Assembly (NCBI GenBank): GCA_030264375.1
Contig: JASCQW010000133.1
Location: forward strand, 34,354,076 to 34,418,075
Direction: 5' to 3'
Length of the DNA: 64,000 nucleotides
From: Carcharhinus longimanus
Lineage: Eukaryota
Both the position numbers and the translations under genes were made by a program. Below the pieces are notes generated by a model. It was not told where the DNA came from, searched no databases, and was given only the letters and a program-made list of their open reading frames with translations. Shown one piece after another: positions 51,583-61,510 of this stretch. How positions within the stretch are numbered: position 1 is the stretch's first letter; each line of letters opens with the position of its first letter.

Positions 51583-53034
51583 GTAATCGCTGCTGCAAAT
51601 AGTCAGATATTTGAGGTTTGATGAGTTAGAGGGGAAAGTCAGTTCAGTTGGCGAGAGCATGGTGTGGATCTGTCCCTGTACCAGCTGTGTGTTTTTGGAA
51701 TCTTCCTTTTCTAATTGCCTAATCATAATATCATGGCATAGACTCGTGGAGAGCCGTAGTTAACAACCCTTGGACAGCCCTTGCTGCATGTACAGAGAGA
51801 TATGAGTTAACTTTGACATTCTCATCTACTTGTATGCATTGATTAATTCTCTAGAGATCCATTTCCAACTCAGGACTTAATGAGCTCGTTGACTGAGGTC
51901 AGGGTGATCTTAGTTTTTGATTGGAGTTAATGGTGACAAAGAGTTTGTAATTATTATTCTTCCCAGAATCCAGATATGATGATTCCAAATGCTCATCAGT
52001 GGTACAACAAATTGCTTAAAATATTCCGAAACTATCCCATCTTTGGGTTTACTCTTTTCTAATGAAAGGCCCATCTTAAGAAGTACACTCCCCCTTTCAG
52101 ATGCTGACTGAGTTATTGTGTCTTACTGGGATTTTCTCTCTTCGGTTTCCATTACCAACTCCTAATTTTTCTCTCTCTTCGTTTCATCCAGCAAATAAAA
52201 ATGTTGATACATTTATCTTTTCTAAATAGATCGCTGCATTTACATCAAATCTTGGATTTACCAGAGTTACAATATAAAGTATCAGTTAACATTCTGTCAT
52301 ACGTTTACCAGATTTGAAATGATTAGAATTTTTGTTGGCATTATATATATAAAATATTTTGAAACTTTCAAAGAATATTCAGATTTTGAACACTTGCCTT
52401 TTTAAATCTAACTAATGGAAACAATTATTGTTTAAGTACCATTGGTCTTAGCCCATTCCCAGGACAGGGATGAACACTTCGGAAACACTGTTGGAACAAT
52501 TAATTTGGTGGGATAGTTGGATTTGTCTATGTTCCAGTTGACAAATTGATTATTTTCTAAAGCAGTGCAGTAGAAAACCTTCACCCAAAAATTCGGATGG
52601 TATACATTTACAGCAACTGGGTATCCTGTCATATCAGAATGACCATTCTAAATTAAATGTTCAGGAAATGGAATTGGAGCTGTTTGGCCAACTGAGCTAA
52701 GATCAAAGCTCATACCTGTCCCTTGCCTAATGTCTATTTCTCATCAAGAGATAGTAGTTTTCTTTTCCCTCAGTAACCCAATGGCACGGAGTTCAGTTGA
52801 AGCATTTCAGTCATTGCCCAGACTGAAATTGATGAATGCAACATACCTGTACCCTTCCGGATATGTGAAGTTCAATTACTCACTGAAAAGTTATTGAGCG
52901 ATCAAAATAATAATAGAAAATAGAGTTAAAATAATTTGAGGCAATATGTCTATTCCTTGTGCAGTATTGTCTTAGGTTTTCAGATGAATTGCATTGTACA
53001 TCTATCTTGTATCTGATCAAATACTTATTTTTAG

Positions 53035-53256
53035 GGCAAGCACATCCTGACTCCTGGCCCAATAACATATACAGAGGAACAGCTGCTACACTTCTTTGGG
53101 CAGTTACTTGGAATTGCTATCCGAGCAGATGTCCCACTCCCCCTTGATCTCCTCCCAACATTTTGGAAGACTCTGGTTGGAGAACCGTTGGACCCAGAGT
53201 GGGATCTGCAGGAAGTTGACATCTTGACATACAACTACATCAAGAAGTTTGAGACT
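53035..53256 (+). CDS. HECTD4: HECTD4 window exon 26 (HECT)
   Basis: tttag|GKHILTPGPITYTEEQLLHFFGQLLGIAIRADVPLPLDLLPTFWK...YIKKFET|gtaagt. Confidence 0.94.
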
Positions 53257-53370
53257 GTAAGTCATTGAGCACCTGAGAGAGTTTGTATTTTAAGATTCGT
53301 TTTTTCCCCTCCCCCACCAATTTTTGAAGGGTTTTGACTTTTGAAGGCTTGGATTCTACTTGTCCACGAA

Positions 53371-53581
53371 TGTTGGGTATTTGGGGCAAAATTCCCTCAC
53401 CCGTAAGGTTAAGAATGTACTAGTGGAGGGCATTCATTAGCGCATATAAAGAGACACTGGGAGAGGGTTGTAGAGTTAGGAGCTACGTTTTTCTAATGTT
53501 TCACTTTGTGAATAAATTTCAAACTGAGTAAATATTGATTCTGGTCTCCTCCTTCCCTACCTGGCCGTCAGAAGTTTAACA
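53371..53581 (+). mobile_element. possible short solo LTR (211 bp)
   Basis: tgtt...aaca termini, TATA-like catataaa followed by aataaa; no TSD seen. Confidence 0.4.
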
Positions 53582-53939
53582 CCATCCTCCCTTCTATCAT
53601 GAAATTTGGGGCTCTAGAGTGGGTTCACCCTCTCGTCAATGACCTACCCATTGGAGCTTGTTGATGGAGGACTGGGCTTCTGAATGTGGGGTGCGAGTCT
53701 CATCTACTTGTGTGCATCAACAATTTTCCGGAGATCCTTTTCCAACACAGCACTTACTGAAGCATCATCAGCGTATTAGAGCTCATTGACTGAGGTCAAA
53801 GTTTTTACTGGAGTTAATTGAATAGTTTATCATCCAATGAATAAATAAACTGTATTCCAACAGGGTGCTTTTTTCTAATCAGACAGAGCTTTGGAGCAAG
53901 GAAGATCAAGAAAAGAGTTGGAGTGATGATATAACCTTG

Positions 53940-56000
53940 TTTGACTCCTGTCTTAATCTCAAAAGAGTCTATAATGGATACAAGAAGATGGGACCTACAT
54001 TCAACATTCAGAAGGCCAAACTACTCCATTCAGCTTCAAGTGCACATGTCCTAGATTCATAAGCACCTGGAAAATACGAAACTCTTTCAATACCTTAGAA
54101 TTTATCTTTCACAGAAGGCTAACATTGACAAAGGCATTCACCATCACTTGAAATCTGCTGGTGCAGTCTTTGGCCACCTGAGGAAGTGAGTGTTTGAAGT
54201 CATATTGGAAGATGGTTGTGTTGTTGGAGATTAATTATCTCAATCCCAGGACATCACAGCAGGAGTTCTTCAGGGTAGTGTTCTAGCCCCAGTCATCTTC
54301 AGCTGTTTTATCAATGACCATCCCTCCATCATTCAGTTGAAGTGGGGATGTTTGCTGATGGTTGCACAATGTTCAGTACCATTCGCAACTCCTCAGATGC
54401 TAAAACACTGCATATCCAAATGCAGCAAGACCTGAACAAAGTCCAGGCTTAGGCTGAGAAGTGGCAAGTAAAATCTCCAAGAGAGAATCTCACCATTGCA
54501 TATTGTCGTTCAATAGCATCACTGTCGCTGAATCCGTTGCTATTAACATTTTGATGGTTACCTTTGACCAGAAACTGAACACAACTCACCATATAAATAC
54601 CATGGCTACAAGAGCAAGTCTGAAACTACAAATCCTGTAGCAATTAAATCTCCTCCTGCCTTCCCAAAGCTTGTCTATCTACCATCCATAAGCAGGTTAG
54701 GGATGTAATGAAATATCCTTCTTTTGCTTGGATGTGCAGCTCCAACAACACTTAAGCTCAACACCATCCACAACATAGCCTCCTTGATTGGCACACTGTC
54801 CACAGACATTCACTCACTCCACCACTGACACCCAGTGGCAGCAATGTGTACCATTGACAAAATGCGCTGTAGCTATTCACCAAAACTCCTTGGACAGCAT
54901 CTTCCAAACCCATGACTGCTACCATTTAGAAGGACAATGACAGTAAATACATGGGAACATCCCCACCAAGCCATCCCCCATCCTGACTTGGAAATATATC
55001 ACCGCGCTTTCCCCCTTAGGTCAAAAGCATCATTACCGACATACAGTGGCAGCAGTGTGCACAGTCTACAAGATGCACTGCGCAACTCGCCAAACCTCCT
55101 CTAACGGCATCTTCCAAACCTGCAATCTCAATCACCTAGAAGGGCAAGGGCAAATACTGGGACACCACCACCACTGCAAGTTCCCTCCAAGTCGCACACC
55201 ATCCTGACTTGGTGTCATACCACCAGTCTCACTGTCACTGGGTCAAAAATCCTTGAACTCCCTCCAAACAGCACTGCGAGTGTGCCTCTAACACACGGTC
55301 TGCAGTGATTCAAGAAGGGAGTTCACCATCACCTTTTCGAAGGCACTTAAGGGTGAAGAATAAATGCTGGCCAAGCCAGTGACGTCTACATCCCAAGAAT
55401 TAATAAAATAAAAAGATCAACATTGAAACCAAATGGTTTACCATGCAGTCATGACCCATTCTTTACTGTTCAGAGCTAAATTATGAACAGTAGGAGGCAG
55501 CTCAAAACATCACCTGCAGAAAATCTCTCATATTATGTGATAGGACAGATACACCGACATCAATGTCCACTCTCTCAAACAGGCAGCACAAGCATCAAGG
55601 CTATGATCATCCCCTATTAGCTTTGTTGGGTTGGTTATGTAATTCAGATGTCAAACCCCAGGCTCCCAAAGCAGGTAATCCTCTCCCAGCTCAGTCAAGG
55701 CAGTCACACCAGCTGAGGACAGAAGAAGCACTCCAAGGATTTGGGAAAACCAACATGAAGAAATGCAGTACGTCTGCCTTGGACGCTGCAGAGTTTGTTG
55801 GAAGAATCCCAGCATTCAGAAACCCAACTAGGACAAAATGAGGAGGAAAAGCAAAAGTGGCAAAAAGAACATGGCATGATCCGAACTGATAACCAGATGT
55901 CTCGCATGACAACAAAGGACCAACTACTTTAAAATCTGCAGGTCCTGAACAGCTTCATTAGCCGTCTTTGGATTTGGAAGACAAAGTCATCCTTAGTAGA
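53940..56000 (+). mobile_element. RTE-clade LINE remnant interrupted by CR1-clade sequence (about 54205-55410)
   Basis: LENTKLFQYL...SQKANIDKGIHHHLKSAGAVFGHLRK*VFE before the insertion; RLPKQVILSQL after it. Confidence 0.65.
54205..55410 (+). mobile_element. CR1-clade LINE (family of 21930-23515) with two diverged copies of the 3' segment
   Basis: ggagttcttcagggtagtgttctag (GVLQGSVL), gtttgctgatg; the cagtggcagca...catcctgacttgg block occurs at about 54833 and 55044. Confidence 0.75.
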
Positions 56001-56139
56001 GAGGGATAGACAATAACTCTGGAGGTTTTGGGTCTTGTGATTAAGGATCATAGATTTGCATTTAATATTGGGATAATTAGTTAAATGTAGTGCGACATGG
56101 ACTGTTCTATGATTCTTCATGTGATTCTTATGGTTCCAG

Positions 56140-56306
56140 GTTAATAATGAGACAGAACTTGAGGCACTGTGTGCAGAAGTAACATCACATCACTTAACCA
56201 CAGAGAGCCCTGAATCTCCCAACAAACCCTGTTGTAAATTCAGTTACATCACCATGACAGGCGAGGAAGTGGAACTATGTCCTGGAGGCAGGAATATCAC
56301 TGTTAC
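56140..56306 (+). CDS. HECTD4: HECTD4 window exon 27 (HECT)
   Basis: ttccag|VNNETELEALCAEV...MTGEEVELCPGGRNITV AC|gtaagt. Confidence 0.94.
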
Positions 56307-56481
56307 GTAAGTAAACGATAAGTATACATTTTCCTTCTCTGCTAAGCCTACTGTCGCGTGATTAAAATATTAACATTCCACCAATCCTGCAAAATGAGAA
56401 AGTGAAAAACTTACTGTGCAAGTTAGCCTTTTACTATAATTTAAGAGCAGTACTAAAAGTTGAGGCTAAGGGCACTAAGAG

Positions 56482-56743
56482 TCATAGAATCCCTACAGTG
56501 CAGAAGGAGGCCTTTCGGCCCATCGAGCTTGCACCAGCAACAAACTCATCCAGGTCGAATCCTCGTAACACCATATATTTACCCTGCTAATCTCCCTGAC
56601 ACTGAGGTACAATTTAGCATGGCCAATAAACCTAATCCGCACATCTTTGGACTGTGGGAGGAAACCGGAGCACCCGGAGGAAACCCACACAGACTCTGGC
56701 ATTGTGAGGCAGCAGCGCTAACCACTGTTTCACTGTGCCACCC
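56482..56743 (-). mobile_element. HE1-type tRNA SINE
   Basis: Reverse complement of the 46237 family (tcatagaatccctacagtgcag...cactgtgccaccc). Confidence 0.88.
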
Positions 56744-57499
56744 CAGGCAAATTAGGAAAGATGGATAGGAATTAAAGGAAAATGTAAAATAACCTTTTAG
56801 GACTGGATTTTGTGGCAATGAGCAAAATAGAAAATTGTTCCCAAAGTCTGAAATGTTTTTAGTAGGGAAGGGTACGTTTTGTTTCTTTCCCATCAGCTTG
56901 TCAGTCGCACTGCATTGTATTTTAGGCTGAATGCTATCCAGTAACTTACCCCAAGATCGTAGACAATGGCAATACACTTTTATATGGTGTCTGTAACATC
57001 ATAAAATGTTCGAGTCACTTCAAAGGAGCAAACTCGTTAGGCCGAAGGGCCTGTTTCCCGGGCTGATTTTGTTCTTTGTTCTTTGTAAAATTTGACACCA
57101 ACCAATTAAGGTATCCAGAAACTTGGGCAAAGTAGTAGCAGTTGGATTAGCCATGTAAGTATATCATTAGCTCAATAATGCACATCATTTAGAGGAAAAG
57201 AATGAGCAGAAAGGTATTCCCCCAAATGCTATTAATAATTGGCATTGCATTGAGTCAAACAGTTCAAGGTGTCTTGGAAAGTACAATCGGTGTCCATTTG
57301 GGAAGAAATAAGCAAATTGGTTTGTCACATCTGAGAGCACAGCTGATGGTAAATACCAGGTTATTCCAAATCCCAGAAAGGAAACTTGAAACAACTACTC
57401 GCAACTGTATTTTGCAATTTGATATAAGGTGAGGAAAGATTTGAAATCCAGAGAACAGACGTTTTATGTTGATAAATAAAACAAATATTTATTAAGAAA

Positions 57500-57710
57500 T
57501 AAGATAAACAAAAACAAAAAATGCTGGAAAATTTCAGCAGGTCTGACCACATCTGTGGAGAGAGAATAGAGCCAACATTTCAAGTCTGGATGACCCTTCA
57601 TCAGAGCTGACTCTTCACCCATACACAACCTTGGCTCTGTTCTCTCCACAGATGTTGTCAGAACACTGAGATTGTCTGAGATTCACCATCCGCAGTATTT
57701 TGCTTCTAAC
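57500..57710. mobile_element. Penelope-derived inverted-repeat element with a minus-strand hammerhead-like motif
   Basis: Inverted arms 57550-57575 / 57631-57654; minus strand CTGATGAaGGGTCatccaGACTTGAAAtgtt. Confidence 0.6.
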
Positions 57711-58444
57711 AATAAAATTAAACTAGAAGCACCCTTAACTCAGGCTGTACACAGTATCTCTAACTTCACCCAGTTCCAAACACCTTTATTTTACTACCAT
57801 CAGAGTTATTTCTCCCCAAGCATTGCATGACGTTTTATAGATCTTTCCAAATTATTAACAACAAAATTGAGTAACTGTTACCTCAACAGGCAATGATATG
57901 TCTTTGGGGTTTGCATGCTTCTGAGATAAAACAAGCAATTGGTTTCTCAAGACTTGACTTACTGAAAGTTAACAGCTATTGACTAATCAAAAGCACTAGT
58001 TCAATTAGCATAACCAAACTGTCCATGTCTTAAGCAGCTTAAACTTTCCAATGGTTTTTAAAAACTACATAGCTAGCAGAGAGCATTCCAATGTATTGGA
58101 TTTTCCTGACACATCTGATCGCAGTCCAGGTTTTTGTGTTAGAAAGTTCTTATTTGAATGAACGAGGATACAATGTAGCTCAGCTATGATACCCACAGCC
58201 CTAACATCCAACAGTGCTCTAGATTAAGAGGAAAACTTTCTTATAAGAGGGGATAAATTGAGGAAGAAAAGCTTTTCTAAGGAAAGACGGAACAAGTTGG
58301 GGAGCCAGTCTTAACTGCTACAACCTCTTTCAACCCTATACCTTCCTACCTATACTGTGTTCATGCAAAGTGTTGAGCAATTGGCATATCACTTGTTTCA
58401 ATATGTCATGCATTAAGCCCCAGTGTTGATTTCATTTTGTACAG

Positions 58445-58640
58445 GTGGGAAAATAAAGATGCATATGCATCAGCAATCCGCAATCTGAGGCTGCAAGAGA
58501 TTGAGAACACTGACTGCATGACTGCAGTGCGTGCAGGCCTTGGCTCTATCATTCCCTTACAACTTCTGACACTGCCAACACCACTGGAAATGGAGCTGAG
58601 GACATGTGGCCTGCCCTACATCAACCTGGAGTTTCTAAAG
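58445..58640 (+). CDS. HECTD4: HECTD4 window exon 28 (HECT)
   Basis: tacag|WENKDAYASAIRNLRLQE...CGLPYINLEFLK|gtactc. Confidence 0.94.
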
Positions 58641-59465
58641 GTACTCAGCATTCATGAAGTTCATTAAACTAGTCCTAGAAACCATTTGATCATCACTGCA
58701 CCTCACCTTCCTATAAATGTGTCTTACTGCAGCATGTTATTCAAAATCGTCCAGTTTATACAGCAGAGGGATTTAGAGATCAGCAGCACAGCATTACTTA
58801 CAGCAAATGTGACTTTACTGTTCTGTCTGAAATTCTGAACCACCAGAGATGACATTGTAGCATAAATGTGTGCAGTCATTTGTTTTTCGAATGTTCATTG
58901 AAATGGAGAATGCTGCAATTGCTGACTGTTAACCAAGCACCTTTTGTGTTGCCTGATGCCTTGCATTTGCTTAACTACATGGCCAGCTGATTAACTGGAA
59001 TTTGGTCTTACAAGGTAGAAATGTACTGTACCTCTGCTTCCTAGTACTGTTCAAAACTAAAACTAGATGCTGGTTAGTCAAACTGGGAATGTGGAATTTG
59101 CAAGATCAGCCATTCCCAATAATCGCTGAGCTTGTGTGTCCAGTTCCACTCCAGTCAGAGGCACTATAATTCTGAGTTGGAATGTAGGTTTGGGCAGAAA
59201 ACATTTACTGACTGTAAGAGCAGCTTTCCCAGTTAGTGAAAGAGGAAAAGAACATTTGAACTCTAAAGCACATGAGAAATGATTTCTCAGTCCAACCCAT
59301 ACTGGAAAAATTGCCGACATTTATTATATTTTCCTTCATTGTTCTGTATTTTTTGGCTATGGTAAATTGTTTATGAAGAAAAAGTTGCTGATAGAATATA
59401 TTGTTTTTGTAGTGTCAAATATGTGCATGTCTGTGACTTTTTGTGTTGACCCTGCTCCCACTCAG

Positions 59466-59688
59466 GCTCACACCATGTACCAGGTGGGACTCATGGAGAC
59501 TGACCAGCATATTGAATTCTTCTGGACAGCATTAGAGCTGTTCACTCAGGAGGAACTCTGCAAATTCATCAAATTTGCCTGCAATCAGGAACGAATACCA
59601 TTCACCTGTCCTTGCAAAGACGGAGGCCCAGATACCGCCCACGTTCCGCCATATCCCATGAAGATCGCTCCTCCTGACGGAGCTGCAG
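59466..59688 (+). CDS. HECTD4: HECTD4 window exon 29 (HECT C-lobe)
   Basis: ctcag|AHTMYQVGLMETDQHIEFFWTALE...MKIAPPDGAA G|gtaacc. Confidence 0.95.
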
Positions 59689-59985
59689 GTAACCTGAGGA
59701 TTGTGTGTTTCCTTCTGGTAATATCATGGTTGTCAGGCCATTCAGCTTCATAGCAGCATTTGAAACCGTTTGTCATATTGGTGAATATTTTATACTTTGC
59801 CCCTTCTGTCCCCTGTTTCCCACACCATGCACCAGCACAGATGATAGAAATACAGTCTCCCTTCCGATGGCACCACTGTAGGCTAGAGGCTGGTTCGCTT
59901 TCCAGATTATCATCTTCTGTGAAAAAGCACTTTGCTGTTCTACCTGAGAGTGTAATTGACATTGTAAACTGAAGACTCAGCTGGA

Positions 59986-60011
59986 GTCTCTCTCTCTCTC
60001 TCTCTCTCTCT
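59986..60011 (+). repeat. (TC)n microsatellite
   Basis: Uninterrupted tc run of about 12 units. Confidence 0.9.
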
Positions 60012-60214
60012 AACACTGTGTGCCAGTGACATTTGTAAAACAATAATTGGGGTTAGAAATCTATCCTGAAAAAGAGAAATTCAGTTTCGCAGGAACAATG
60101 TAATGTTGTTTCAACATACGTTTAGGAAAGGACAAAAATATGTATCAAAGAGCTGGATAGGATCTGAATGATGGTATTTAATTTTAAATATTTTAAGCAT
60201 AATTGGGGAGAGAA

Positions 60215-60685
60215 TAGAACAAAGAAAATTACAGCACAGGAATAGACCTTTCGGCCCTCCAAGCCTGCACCGACCATACTGCCCAACTTAACTAAAACCC
60301 CCTACCTTTCCAGGGACCATTTCCCTCTATTCCCATCCTATTCATTTGTCAAGATGCCCCTTAAAAGCCACTACCATGTCCACTTCCACTATCTTCCCAG
60401 TAGCGTGTTCCAGGTACCCACCATCTTCTGTGTAAAAAAATCTGCCTCATACATCTCCTTTAAACATTGCTCTTCGCACCTTAAATCTGTGGCTCCTTGT
60501 AATTGACTGTTCCACCCTGGGAAAAAGCTTCTGACTATCCATTCAGTCCATGTCTCTCATGATCTTGTAGACTTCTACAAGGTCATCTCTCAACCTCCAT
60601 CATTCCAATGAGAACAAACCAAGTTTCTCCAACCTCTCCTCATTGCTAATGCCCTCCATACCAGGCAACATCCTGGTAAATCTTT
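60215..60685 (-). mobile_element. CR1/HER1-type LINE 3' portion
   Basis: RFTRMLPGMEGISNEERLEKLGLFSLE; tail agaacaaagaa. Confidence 0.88.
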
Positions 60686-60785
60686 NNNNNNNNNNNNNNN
60701 NNNNNNNNNNNNNNNNNNNNNNNNNNNNNNNNNNNNNNNNNNNNNNNNNNNNNNNNNNNNNNNNNNNNNNNNNNNNNNNNNNNNN

Positions 60786-60953
60786 GGGATTAAGGGTTAT
60801 GGGGAGAGGGCGGGAATGTGGAGCTGAGCCAAGACAGATCAGCCATGATCTTATTGAATGGCAGGGCAGGCTCGAGGGGCTGGTTGGCCTACTCCTGCTC
60901 CTATTTCTTATGTTCTTATGTTTACCCCAATCCAACACTGGCATCTCCACATC
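60786..60953 (+). mobile_element. CR1 3' end joined to a Penelope-like tip (tgtttaccccaatccaacactggcatctccacatc)
   Basis: TTCTTATG tail runs straight into the reverse complement of the gatgtggagatgcc terminus. Confidence 0.75.
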
Positions 60954-61373
60954 ATGTGGAACTGAGCCAGACTAGCCAAGAAGGCTCAAGGCCAATTTCC
61001 AATCCCTGCTGAGTTTCTCATCATAGTTGTACAAATGCTGAAATTTAACATGGCATCTCTCACCTGAGAGGGGGCAGCGCCAGTCAGGGTTCCCAGGCCG
61101 AATGGCTACACAATAGCATACAGAAAACAGATTAAAAATCGAGTTGGGCTTGACTGTGTTGTGACCAGTGGCTGAGAAGTCTTTTGAAGTGTAACATTGT
61201 AAGTTGCACACTGAATTTGCTATCCAAGGAGCCATACCCAAGACAGAGGGAATCTCATCTTCAAAAGTAGAGCTTATTGCCAGAGAATAAAGAATGAATG
61301 GTTAATAACAATAACAAATGAGGAAATTATAGAAATTAGTGTAATTTGTTGTTGTTTCTCATTTCATGTTCAG

Positions 61374-61510
61374 GTTCACCAGATTCTCGATATATCAGGG
61401 TGGAAACCTGTATGTTTATGATCAAACTTCCTCAGTATTCCTCACTTGACATCATGTTGGAAAAGCTCCGCTATGCCATCCACTACCGTGAAGACCCTCT
61501 CAGCGGCTGA
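61374..61510 (+). CDS. HECTD4: HECTD4 terminal coding exon; presumed catalytic Cys (TGT 61409-61411); stop TGA 61508-61510
   Basis: ttcag|SPDSRYIRVETCMFMIKLPQYSSLDIMLEKLRYAIHYREDPLSG*. Confidence 0.95.

Larger units (their letters stand above)
1..61510 (+). other. HECTD4: HECTD4 gene, 3' part (30 coding exons, 5' end outside the window); HECT-type E3 ubiquitin ligase
   Basis: 30 GT-AG exons join in phase into 5982 nt (1993 aa + stop). The C-terminus ...SPDSRYIRVETCMFMIKLPQYSSLDIMLEKLRYAIHYREDPLSG* matches vertebrate HECTD4 as I recall it. Confidence 0.96.
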
